Below are positions 45,977 through 56,226 of a stretch of DNA of 64,000 nt, one piece after another. This DNA comes from Piedraia hortae CBS 480.64 (taxonomy: Eukaryota). Location of the stretch: NCBI GenBank assembly GCA_010093745.1, contig MU005967.1, positions 186,001 through 250,000 on the forward strand, given 5' to 3'. A program made the translations under genes and the position numbers. Within the stretch, counting starts at the first letter, position 1, and the number at the start of each line of letters is the position of its first letter. The notes below the pieces were generated by a model. The model did no database searches and had not been told where the DNA came from. It saw only the letters and a list, made by a program, of their open reading frames with translations.

Positions 45977-47370
45977 ATGGTACGTACTGACCCACGACTC
46001 GCTACAATAATTTTAATGGAGTGTAGAAAATCAAGGCGCTTTCCCGATCCACCAGCAGAGTGCTAGAACCCGGCAGCGATGTGGCTCGGCTGCCGCGAAA
46101 CCTCAACCCGGCCCTCCACCCGTTTGAACGAGCCCGCGAATACACTCGCGCTTTGAATGCCACGAAGCTAGATCGCATGTTTGCTGCGCCTTTTATCGCT
46201 CAGCTAGGGAGAGGTCACGTGGACGGTGTATATACGCTTGCCAAAGACCCCAATTCCCTTGAACGATTCGCCAGTGGAAGCGGCGACGGTGTTGTCAAAG
46301 TCTGGGAACTCTCCTCCCGTGAAGAGACTTGGCAAACTCGTGCACACGAGAACATTGTCAAGGGCATCTGTTGGACCAGCGACAAGAAGCTACTATCTTG
46401 TAGTGCTGATCGGGCGGTGAAGCTGTATGATCCATATAACTCATCGTCCGATTGCGCCCCCTGTGCCACCTGGCTGGGCTCAAATGCCTATACAAGTATA
46501 ACTCATCACCGAACCGAGCCAGCCTTTGCTGTTTCTTCGGCCTCGGGTATCCAGATCTACGACGAATCGCGACCCTCTTCGGTTCCAAAGCAATCTTTGG
46601 CTTGGCCAACGAGCGTCGACACTGTCAATGTCGCAGCTTTCAACCAGTCCGAGACGTCTATTCTAGCTTCATGCGCAACGGATCGTTCGCTTGTGCTCTA
46701 CGATCTACGCACTGATTCTCCTCTCCACCGCTCAATCCTCACCCTCTCCTCCAACGCCATCTCGTGGAATCCCATGGAACCCTTCAACCTGGCACTTGCC
46801 AACGAAGATCACAACATCTACTTATTTGACATGCGGAACCTTTCTCGTGCGCTCAACGTCCTCAAGGATCACGTATCAGCCGTCATGGACGTTGAGTTTT
46901 CTCCCACCGGCACCGAGCTTGTGTCGGCCTCTTACGATCGCAGTGTCCGTCTCTGGAACCGGCAAGAAGGACACAGCCGCGATATCTACCATACAAAGCG
47001 TATGCAGCGCGTTTTCGCCTGCCGCTGGACCCCTGATGCGCGCTATATCCTTTCTGGTTCAGACGACGGCAATGTCCGGCTTTGGAGAGCGCAGGCCTCA
47101 CAGCGGTCAGGTATCCAGACGTCCCGACAACGGCAGAAGCTGGAGCTAGACGCTGCATTGCGTGAGCGATATAAGCATATGCCAGAGATTCGCCGCATCA
47201 ACCGGCACAGACATGTTCCTAAACAGGTCAAGAAGGCGGGTGAGACCAAGAACGAGGAAATACGCGCTATCAAACGGAGACAGGAGAATGTGCGGAAACA
47301 TTCTAAAAAGGAGGGTCGCCCTGGCAGGAAGAGTGAGCGTGAGAAGATGGTGCTTACGACTGAGCAATGA
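45977..47370 (+). CDS. SOF1: U3 snoRNP WD40 protein Sof1/DCAF13; ATG-only first exon, intron 45980-46026
   Basis: MKIKALSR, HPFERAREYTRALNATKL, YHTKRMQ and SGSDDGNVRLW. Confidence 0.96.
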
Positions 47371-47600
47371 GGTGGACATGTTGCTATAGCATCAGCGTGG
47401 CGTTGCGGTGCATCTGTATCTATCTGAATTGCTATTTGACAAATTGAACTTTTCATCTGGAAAAGAGAGCACTGGAACACTGTATGGGCATGCGATCGAC
47501 CTACCCTTTTACGGTGTCAGGGCAAAATGTCAACAGGCTCGTGGACGTATCCAACACCACCCGCCAACGCAGCCTATCCGTGACGACCCATACTGCATCT

Positions 47601-48020
47601 TCAACCTAGCGCACACTCTCCCCCACCTGATCTCACCGCTCCCCCCTTCCTCTCCCAGTACCTCTCCCATCCCTTACAATTCGCCTCCCCATTCGAATTC
47701 TCAGCATCCCTCTTTACCGTACTTTCATCGTCTTCAGCATCCCAAACCACCCCAGAATCTTCCACCTCCACGCCATTCACCTCCACGGCCCTGTCTGTCT
47801 CCCCTCCCAAGACCTCCTCTCCACCCCCATGCCGCTCACAAAACCCCTCCCCTTTCCTCCTAATCCTCAACGTCCACGCACAAACCGGCGGGTTGGATTT
47901 ATCAGCACATCTCTTAAAAGAAGAGCAGTGTCTCCTCTCCTCCGATGCACGAGCATAAATCTCCTCCGTCGCAACGCGACAGCCTATCTTACAACACACG
48001 GAAAGGATGAGGATGCACAT
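47601..48020 (-). CDS. Dispersed MC-microprotein type A (A3) with acidic tail
   Basis: MCILILSVCCKIGC...ARASEERRHCSSF...SNPPVCAWTLRIRRKGEGFCERH aligns to A1/A2. Confidence 0.7.
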   Translation of the reverse strand: MCILILSVCCKIGCRVATEEIYARASEERRHCSSFKRCADKSNPPVCAWTLRIRRKGEGFCERHGGGEEVLGGETDRAVEVNGVEVEDSGVVWDAEDDESTVKRDAENSNGEANCKGWERYWERKGGAVRSGGGECALG

Positions 48021-48229
48021 CTCAGTCACTAACCTTGGTGGTGCTGTGTATAATTTCGAGCGACGGGGCGGAGTAATTAGCTGTGCATGGGTGTTACATT
48101 GCGTAGTTGTGTGGTTGTGTAGTTGCGTTATGTGAATGTGTTCTTACATCAAAACCCTACCCGGTGGGTGCGCCAAGCATGCGCCAAGCCCACACCCCCC
48201 TCCCTCCACCGTCCCCCCGCCCCTCCCTC

Positions 48230-49306
48230 TCACCCTTCCCTTCCCACCTCCCTCAAAACTCCCTCCAACCTCCGTCTCCTCACCCTCTCCGTCCACCTCT
48301 CCAGCGTCCTCAAATCCCTCCCCACCCCCTCCATCTCCACCATCACCCTCGCCGCGGGGCCCTCACGTCCAGCTCTAAACCCCCTAAAATCCCTCAAAAC
48401 TCCATCCAACAACCCCACTGTCTCCGCATCAAACTCATAAACACTTCTCTCCATCTCCACCAGCACATCGATGATGAGGCGGAGGTTGTAGGGATGCTTC
48501 GCGTACAGCTGCGCCATATGCGCGTTGTAGAGAGCCGTTGACGCGCCGAGGGCGAAGATGCTGGGTCCGTAGGTTTTTAGGGTGGGGAGGAGTGATAAAG
48601 GGAGGATGCTTCGCGGGAAGTTGGACTGCATGAGGTGGGTGAAGTGGAGGAGATGGTGGGGGAGGTTGGTTGGGAGATGGGGGGAGGGGGATGGTTCTTT
48701 GGGGTGTCGTTCTTTGAGGGAGGGGTTGGGTGATGTGGGAGGGTCGAGTTTAAGTGCCCTTGCGGGGTGGAGGACGTGTTGGTGGAGGAGGTGCCAGAGT
48801 TGAGTGTCGGTTTTGGCGCCGTCGAGAATAGAGTTGATGCGTTCGAGTTCCTTTTGGACGTGTGGGTCAGGGGTTTTGGGGATAATTGTTGGTGTTGGTG
48901 GGGTTTGTTCGATGGGATTTTGTAGGCCGAGGGTTGAGCGGAGGGTTGAGATACGGTCGTGAGGGATGTTTTTCGATTCTTGGAGTTGGAGGAGTTTCTC
49001 GAAGCGTCGTCGCTCTCCGGGAGTTATGCTGAGGGTGTTCGTTTCTAAAGGGACTGCGCCCTCGAAAGGAACGTGGTCGGTCCATTGACGGCTGCTGCAT
49101 CGTAATTGGCTGGGTTGGGGGAATTGATGTCGTTCTCTTCGCTCTCTGGTGGGCTTTTCCAAGAGTTTAGCTTCCGAGTACTTTCGCAGAAAGGTGCTTC
49201 TGCAGATTACTTTACGGATGCTTTTGGTGTGATAAAGGAATGACAGGGAGGTTGAACTTCTGAGAACATTCTCAAAGACTCGTCTTGACGCTCGTTTATG
49301 GAGCAT
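48230..49306 (-). CDS. Mitochondrial Mtf2-like protein
   Basis: Basic presequence; C-terminal FALGASTALYN...LVEME...FDAET resembles the Mtf2-like domain. Confidence 0.65.
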   Translation of the reverse strand: MLHKRASRRVFENVLRSSTSLSFLYHTKSIRKVICRSTFLRKYSEAKLLEKPTRERRERHQFPQPSQLRCSSRQWTDHVPFEGAVPLETNTLSITPGERRRFEKLLQLQESKNIPHDRISTLRSTLGLQNPIEQTPPTPTIIPKTPDPHVQKELERINSILDGAKTDTQLWHLLHQHVLHPARALKLDPPTSPNPSLKERHPKEPSPSPHLPTNLPHHLLHFTHLMQSNFPRSILPLSLLPTLKTYGPSIFALGASTALYNAHMAQLYAKHPYNLRLIIDVLVEMERSVYEFDAETVGLLDGVLRDFRGFRAGREGPAARVMVEMEGVGRDLRTLERWTERVRRRRLEGVLREVGREG

Positions 49307-49658
49307 GATCTTCTCTCTGCAGCTTGGTCGACAATTAAGAATGCGGAATCGTTCCGCTGTAGTCTGTACGGCCGTTCCAGGTCTGTTCTTCCAAGTAGCG
49401 AGTCAGGGGACGCCCTTCAATCTGTGTCTGGAGCGTGCAGACTACCGGTGCGTTTGTCAAGATTACCGGCCCGAGCCGTGACAGTAACGGAACAATAACC
49501 CCTGGACGGCACTAGTCCGTCACCCGGGCAACGGGATGTTTGACCGAATGTGTTAGCGCCGGGGTGTTACGAACGTGCGCGCAGTCGGTCGCAGCGAAAA
49601 ATTTCCCTCCTCCGACGCTTCCTGAGCATCTTTTACCAACGGACTGGGCGTGGATACG

Positions 49659-51806
49659 ATGAGTGTTCGCGTGGTCGCCCGCATTCGCCCGTTGCTGAGA
49701 GGAGAAATCGAAAAAGACATCATTGTTGAAACCGCTCAGGGGCCTGCGGATGGCGATGGCCCGGCTGTCGTGAAGATTCCGAACCCGAAAAAGGAGTCGG
49801 AAGCATTTGCTTTCCAGTTCAATCGCGTCTACACCCCCGAGACCTCACAGTCCCAATTATTCGATCGAGAAATTTCGCCGACTGTCAAACATTTGTTCAA
49901 GGGAATCGATGGCACGATATTCGCCTATGGATCTACCGGTACCGGCAAGACCTATACCATGCGCGGCGGAAAGGGCTTGCACGACCGCGGCATCATTCCC
50001 CGACTGCTTTCGAGCATTTATAGACGGGCACGCAAAGTGGAAAAAGACTCGGGAGGGAAGACGCAGGCTGAGCTGACCATGAGCTACTACGAGATCTACA
50101 ATGACCGGGTGTATGATTTATTCGAATCGCCTGACAGCCGCACCCCGGCAGGCCTGCCCATTCGAGACATTGGCAATGGAAAGGCGCAGGTCGTGGGGCT
50201 GGTGGAAAAGCCGTGTTCGACGTTGAAGGAGTTTGAACATTCGTACGATCAGGCCAATATCAATAGGTCAACTTCGGCGACAAAGCTCAACGCTCACTCA
50301 TCCAGGTCTCATGCCATTCTGTGTGTTAAGCTGACGCAGACCACTGGAGACTCTGTCAGGATCAGCACAGTATCCGCTATTGATCTGGCCGGTTCGGAAG
50401 ACAACCGACGGACAGAGAATAACAAGGATCGAATGGTGGAAAGTGCGAGTATCAACAAGTCTCTCTTCGTGCTTGCGCAGTGCGTCGAAGCTATCAGCAA
50501 GAAACAGGCCCGCATTCCTTACCGCGAGAGCAAGATGACCCGCATCCTATCTCTGGGGCAAAACAATGGCTTCACAGTCATGATCCTGAATCTGGCACCG
50601 GTGCGGAGTTATCATTTGGACACGCTCAGCAGTCTAAACTTTGCCAACCGAACCAAGAAGATTGAGGTTAATGAAGTGGAGAACAAGCCCTTCTTCCGCG
50701 AGCAACCTGCTAAAGAGAAACTCACAGGGGATGCTCCTGGTCTGATGGCGATTCCTCCTCTGAAGAACCGCATGCCCCTTCGGTCGAAGATTCTGTCACA
50801 AAGCAGTCATTTACGAGATGTATTGGACAGTGTTGCGAAGCCAACTAAGCAATTTGCAGTTTATTCGGACCAGTCTAAGGAGAGCAGCCGCCCGGCAAAC
50901 TCAGGCACGGGAAAAGCAAAGGGACACCCGCAAAAGCGATCCGGCGGCGAAACCCTCGCTGGGCGACCCTGCAAAGCTTTCAAGTCCAAATGCAGTGACT
51001 CAGGGGCCATACCACCAGGGTTGGATCAAAACGCCATCGAAGCTCTGATCGAACGCAAAGTAAGCGAAGCCCTCGCAGAGCGCGTGGATCAAAGCGCCTG
51101 TGCAAATGGTGATCCCATCTCCGAAGAAGTCCAGCGACGCTTGGATGCGCTAGAACGGCGGGTGGAGGGCCAAGAGACTGAAAGAGCCGAAGGCTTGCAG
51201 TATCTGCTCATGGCTAAACAGCATCAAGTGCGTGGAGAAGACAGCAGTGCGTTGAAAATGTACGAGCTAGCTTTGCCGCATTTTCCAGGAAACCGCAAGT
51301 TGGTGCGCAAAGTAGCTGCTTTGCAGGAAAAGATGGAAACGAAGAGGGCTGAAAAGCAGGCTGGAGGTGATGGCAGAGAGGCCCAGTCTTCGAGACGCCA
51401 AGCTGCAACTGAAGAAGGTAAAGGCCATCGCAGGATCAGTGATGACGAGCTTGACTTTTCCTACCGTCCCAGATCCAAGACACAGCCCAGTGATGCGGCA
51501 AGGAGGGATTATAGGTCTCATGTCGTTGCCTCAAATGACGATACAGAAGACGAACTCGTCGAGGCATTGACTCAACAGACGCCTCGCACGAAGCAGCTCT
51601 TACGCATCATCAATTCCAGGGACGTATCACGGATCAAACTCCTCAAAGGAGTGGGTCCCAAGAAAGCAGAAGCGATTGTGAACTGTCTCTGTGACCTCGA
51701 GCACGAAGAACCCATCTCTTCACTTGCACAGTTAGGGAAACTCAAAGGGGTCGGCGTTAAGACGGTTGAAGGCATGCGATCTGGGATGAGTTCTTTGGCA
51801 CTCTGA
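49659..51806 (+). CDS. Kinesin with C-terminal helix-hairpin-helix (kinesin-10/KIF22-like)
   Basis: GSTGTGKT, SSRSH, DLAGSE; LKGVGPKKA and LKGVGVKT HhH repeats. Confidence 0.92.
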   Translation: MSVRVVARIRPLLRGEIEKDIIVETAQGPADGDGPAVVKIPNPKKESEAFAFQFNRVYTPETSQSQLFDREISPTVKHLFKGIDGTIFAYGSTGTGKTYTMRGGKGLHDRGIIPRLLSSIYRRARKVEKDSGGKTQAELTMSYYEIYNDRVYDLFESPDSRTPAGLPIRDIGNGKAQVVGLVEKPCSTLKEFEHSYDQANINRSTSATKLNAHSSRSHAILCVKLTQTTGDSVRISTVSAIDLAGSEDNRRTENNKDRMVESASINKSLFVLAQCVEAISKKQARIPYRESKMTRILSLGQNNGFTVMILNLAPVRSYHLDTLSSLNFANRTKKIEVNEVENKPFFREQPAKEKLTGDAPGLMAIPPLKNRMPLRSKILSQSSHLRDVLDSVAKPTKQFAVYSDQSKESSRPANSGTGKAKGHPQKRSGGETLAGRPCKAFKSKCSDSGAIPPGLDQNAIEALIERKVSEALAERVDQSACANGDPISEEVQRRLDALERRVEGQETERAEGLQYLLMAKQHQVRGEDSSALKMYELALPHFPGNRKLVRKVAALQEKMETKRAEKQAGGDGREAQSSRRQAATEEGKGHRRISDDELDFSYRPRSKTQPSDAARRDYRSHVVASNDDTEDELVEALTQQTPRTKQLLRIINSRDVSRIKLLKGVGPKKAEAIVNCLCDLEHEEPISSLAQLGKLKGVGVKTVEGMRSGMSSLAL

Positions 51807-52152
51807 ACTTATGACTCTTTGAATAGACCATTAGCGATGGCGTTGGGGGATAATCATTACGGCAGTGTAGAGTATAGGCGTATAGCAGTTCCCGATCCCC
51901 AAACCCCAAACCTGATCTACAGTAGATCATCATCCACCTTTTCCCCCCCCCCCCCCCCCTTCCCTTCCAAAAAAAATAAATACTCCGATTGGCCTGATAA
52001 CCAAGCCGCAGCTATCCGGCCAACCCCGCCTGCTGCTATCGGCATATCCACATGTATACCTGATTTTCATATGCCTTACCCACACTCTAAACCCTGACTC
52101 CTTCCCACCATACATATATCCTCGGCAGACCCCAACAATCCCACACTCAACC

Positions 52153-55100
52153 ATGGGAATACGCATCGCCATCGACCGCGGTGGGACCTTCACCGACTGC
52201 GTCGGCAACCCCGGCAGTGGGAAAATGTCCGACGACGTCTTAATCAAACTCCTTTCCGTCGATCCCCAAAACTACGACGACGCCCCCTTAGAAGGCATCC
52301 GTCGGTTACTCTCCCACTTCACCGGTCGAGAAATCCCCCGTGGCGAACCGCTCGATACAAGCCCCATTGAGAGTATCCGTATGGGAACCACGGTTGCGAC
52401 TAATGCTCTGCTCGAGCGTAAAGGGGAGGAGATTGCGCTTGTTGTTACGAAGGGGTTCAAGGATTGTCTTGAGATAGGAAATCAGAGTCGGCCGGAGATT
52501 TTTGATCTCGCGATTCGCAAGCCAGGGACGCTGTATAAGTGCGTTGTGGAGGTTGAGGAGAGGGTTACGTTGGAGGATTATGCGGAGGATCCGGAAAGGA
52601 AGGTTACGGATGTGATGGGGTTGGAGCAGGCGGCTGAGGGAGGGGTGGTTAGGGGGTTGAGTGGCGAGGCTGTGAGGGTTTTACAAAAGCCGGATGAGAA
52701 GAGGGTGAGGGAACAGTTGCAAGAGGTGTATGATTCAGGTTTGAGGAGTATTGCCGTGTGTTTGATGCATGGGTATACTTTCCCACATCATGAGGCGCTG
52801 ATTGGGAGGCTGGCGAAAGATATTGGGTTTGAACATGTTAGTCTTTCTCACGAGCTGATGCCTATGATTAAGCTCATCCCGAGAGGGACGTCGGCATGTG
52901 CGGATGCGTACCTTACGCCCGCGATTAAGAAGTATCTTGATGGGTTTCAGAAGGGGTTTGAAGGGGGGCTTGGGTCGGCAAGTGTTAAGCGGACTGAGGG
53001 CTCGAAAGGTGCAAGGTGTGAGTTCATGCAGTCGGATGGTGGTCTGGTCGATGTGGATGTTTTCTCGGGTCTAAGGGCTATTCTGTCTGGACCTGCTGGC
53101 GGTGTGGTGGGATATGCTCTTACGTCGTATGATCCGAAGACGAGGGTTCCTGTTATCGGGTTCGATATGGGTGGAACGAGCACCGATGTTTCTCGCTACG
53201 GCGAGGGTCGGTATGACCACGTCTTTGAAACCACAACTGCTGGTGTGACTATTCAATCCCCCCAGCTGGATATCAATACCGTAGCGGCTGGTGGTGGTAG
53301 CCGTTTGTTCTTCCGAAACGGTCTCTTTGTAGTAGGCCCAGAGTCTGCCAGTGCACACCCCGGTCCAGCTTGCTACAGAAAAGGTGGTCCTCTGACCATC
53401 ACCGACGCAAACCTCTTCCTCGGCCGTCTGCTGCCAGAGTTTTTCCCCAAGATCTTTGGTAAGAATGAAGATCAAGGTCTCGATGCTTCAGCCAGTCAAA
53501 AACTATTTGAAGAACTCACAGAGCGAATCAACAAGGAAGAAGGGAAGAACATGTCAGCTGATGAGGTTGCATATGGATTCATACAGATCGCCAACGAGAC
53601 CATGACACGGCCCATTCGCACGTTGACTGAAGCTCGTGGACACGATACCAGTCGCCATCGGCTGGCCACATTTGGCGGTGCTGGGGGTCAACATGCCGTC
53701 GCAATTGCAGAAGCATTGGGCATCAGCCAGATCCTGGTCCATCGTTACAGTTCGCTGCTGTCAGCTTACGGCATGGCGCTTGCAGATGTTGTAGACGAAC
53801 GGCAAGAGCCTGCGAGCGAGGTCTGGACTGAGGACAAGAACAGTGCAGCGAGGAAAAATCTACAACAAAAATTGGAAGAGCTGAAGAAGAAGAGCGCGAG
53901 TATGCTCCAAAATCAAGGCTTCCAAGAGGGACAGATTGTGTTTGAGGAATATCTCAACATGCGCTACCGAGGAACGGAATCTGCTCTCATGGTGGTCAAG
54001 CCTACAGAGCAGGAGGCAAAGGAGCTGTACAAGGGCGACGAATGGGCCTTTGATCGGGCTTTTGTGCGGCAACATGAGCAGGAGTTTGGGTTCACGCTGC
54101 CAGACAGGGATATCATCGTGGATGATGTACGGGCTCGAGGGATCGGCAAGACGTTTGAAGGTCTGGAAAAGACTGTCGACGAGCAGCTCAAAGAGATCAA
54201 GCCAAACGATGTGAAGAAGGGTGACAAGCTTCATGGCACGGCGTCTGTGTTCTTTGACGGCGGCAGACGCGAAACATCGATATATAGATTGGAGAAATTG
54301 GATATTGGAGATCGAGTTGCTGGTCCGGCTATCATTGCAGATGGCACACAGACGATCGTCGTACCTCCAACCGCGAGTGCTCTCATTATCGAGACGCATG
54401 TCATCATCAATGTTGGAGCCGAGCATGATGGAGAGGTCACAAAATCTCAGCTAAAGGTTGACCAGATTGACCCAATTATGCTTTCAATCTTTGCTCACCG
54501 TTTCATGGCCATTGCAGAGCAAATGGGTAGAGCTCTTCAAAAAACAAGCGTTTCGACGAACGTCAAAGAACGATTAGACTATAGCTGTGCCTTGTTCGAC
54601 AGCGATGGCGGCTTGGTGGCCAACGCACCTCATCTGCCTGTTCATCTGGGCAGCATGAGTACTTGTGTACGCAAGCAGGCTGAGATCTGGAAAGGTCGTC
54701 TCCGAAAAGGTGATGTTCTCGTCACCAATCATCCCATGTTTGGCGGCACGCATCTTCCTGATATTACAGTCATCACACCCGCCTTTGCTGGGGATGAGAT
54801 TGTGTTTTATGTGGCCAGTCGAGCACATCATGCAGATATTGGAGGTATTCTTCCCGGATCCATGCCACCGCATTCGCGGGAGCTGTTCCAAGAAGGGGCC
54901 AGTCTCAAGTCGGAGAAGCTTGTCAGTGAAGGAAAATTCAATGAGGAACACATCACGAATTTACTGCTCCATGAACCCGCTCGCCACCCGGGATGCTCGG
55001 GCACACGCTGTCTTGCCGACAACCTGAACGATCTCAAAGCTCAAATCGCAGCCAACCACAAAGGCATCAGCTTGATTGACTCTTTGATCAACGAGTATAG

Positions 55101-56220
55101 TCAGAAAGTCGTCATTGCATACATGAAGGCAATCCAAGATAATGCCGAGCAGGCAGTACGGAATCTGCTAAAGACTGTTTATGAAAAAGTACAAGGCGAG
55201 GACTTGCGTGCGATTGACTACATGGACGACGGAACACCTATCCAACTCCAGGTCAAGATTGACAAGGACAAAGGCGAGGCCGTCTTTGATTTTACCGGCA
55301 CAGGTCCAGAAGTCTATGGCAACGTCAACGCGCCCGAGGCAGTCTGCTACAGCGCCATCATTTACTGCTTGCGCTGTCTGATTCGACAAGACATTCCACT
55401 GAACCAGGGCTGCCTCAAACCAGTCAAGGTCAACATACCCAAGCACAGCCTGCTCAGTCCCTCAGGCGGAGCGGCCGTCGTCGGTGGGAATGTCTTAACC
55501 AGTCAGCGTATTACGGATGTGGTACTAAAGGCCTTCAATGCCTGTGCCGCTTCACAAGGCGATTGCAACAATCTCACATTTGGGTTTGGTGGAAACGTAG
55601 CTGGTCAAAATGCTGTGGAGGGTTTCGGATACTACGAGACGATTGCAGGCGGCTCGGGTGCAGGGCCAGATTGGGAGGGAGCCAGCGGTGTGCATACTCA
55701 CATGACCAACACACGCATTACAGATGCAGAGGTGTTTGAGCGTCGCTACCCGGTTATCCTACGGGAATTTAGCTTGCGAGCTGGAAGCCATGGGAAAGGC
55801 CAGAATAACGGCGGTGATGGAGTCATCAGAGATATCGAGTTTCGTATCCCTGTTCAGGTTTCTATCCTCAGTGAGAGGAGGGTGTATAGTCCATATGGCC
55901 TGGAAGGCGGCGAGGACGGCCAGCGCGGGATGAATATTTGGGTGAGGAGGGTCAGAAAGAGCAGTGATGATGATACCAAGCCTGCTGCATCTGGACAGAA
56001 AGACGAGAGCGATGAATTCAGATACATCAACCTCGGAGCAAAGAATACTGCTTCCATGCAGCCTGGGGAGAGGATCATCATCAAGACGCCTGGTGGTGGT
56101 GGATGGGGAAAGTACAAGGAAGGTCAGCAGAAGAAGGTACGGGAAGTTCAAGACCCGAAGTTCGCCTGGCGAGGTGGAAGCGTTGCCCAGAGGCAAAACG
56201 TGGGCGAGACCTCTACCTAG
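52153..56220 (+). CDS. OXP1: ATP-dependent 5-oxoprolinase
   Basis: IDRGGTFTD, MGTTVATNALLERKG, DMGGTSTD, NVKERLDYSCA and HTHMTNTRITD. Confidence 0.96.
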   Translation: MGIRIAIDRGGTFTDCVGNPGSGKMSDDVLIKLLSVDPQNYDDAPLEGIRRLLSHFTGREIPRGEPLDTSPIESIRMGTTVATNALLERKGEEIALVVTKGFKDCLEIGNQSRPEIFDLAIRKPGTLYKCVVEVEERVTLEDYAEDPERKVTDVMGLEQAAEGGVVRGLSGEAVRVLQKPDEKRVREQLQEVYDSGLRSIAVCLMHGYTFPHHEALIGRLAKDIGFEHVSLSHELMPMIKLIPRGTSACADAYLTPAIKKYLDGFQKGFEGGLGSASVKRTEGSKGARCEFMQSDGGLVDVDVFSGLRAILSGPAGGVVGYALTSYDPKTRVPVIGFDMGGTSTDVSRYGEGRYDHVFETTTAGVTIQSPQLDINTVAAGGGSRLFFRNGLFVVGPESASAHPGPACYRKGGPLTITDANLFLGRLLPEFFPKIFGKNEDQGLDASASQKLFEELTERINKEEGKNMSADEVAYGFIQIANETMTRPIRTLTEARGHDTSRHRLATFGGAGGQHAVAIAEALGISQILVHRYSSLLSAYGMALADVVDERQEPASEVWTEDKNSAARKNLQQKLEELKKKSASMLQNQGFQEGQIVFEEYLNMRYRGTESALMVVKPTEQEAKELYKGDEWAFDRAFVRQHEQEFGFTLPDRDIIVDDVRARGIGKTFEGLEKTVDEQLKEIKPNDVKKGDKLHGTASVFFDGGRRETSIYRLEKLDIGDRVAGPAIIADGTQTIVVPPTASALIIETHVIINVGAEHDGEVTKSQLKVDQIDPIMLSIFAHRFMAIAEQMGRALQKTSVSTNVKERLDYSCALFDSDGGLVANAPHLPVHLGSMSTCVRKQAEIWKGRLRKGDVLVTNHPMFGGTHLPDITVITPAFAGDEIVFYVASRAHHADIGGILPGSMPPHSRELFQEGASLKSEKLVSEGKFNEEHITNLLLHEPARHPGCSGTRCLADNLNDLKAQIAANHKGISLIDSLINEYSQKVVIAYMKAIQDNAEQAVRNLLKTVYEKVQGEDLRAIDYMDDGTPIQLQVKIDKDKGEAVFDFTGTGPEVYGNVNAPEAVCYSAIIYCLRCLIRQDIPLNQGCLKPVKVNIPKHSLLSPSGGAAVVGGNVLTSQRITDVVLKAFNACAASQGDCNNLTFGFGGNVAGQNAVEGFGYYETIAGGSGAGPDWEGASGVHTHMTNTRITDAEVFERRYPVILREFSLRAGSHGKGQNNGGDGVIRDIEFRIPVQVSILSERRVYSPYGLEGGEDGQRGMNIWVRRVRKSSDDDTKPAASGQKDESDEFRYINLGAKNTASMQPGERIIIKTPGGGGWGKYKEGQQKKVREVQDPKFAWRGGSVAQRQNVGETST

Positions 56221-56226
56221 GTAAAT

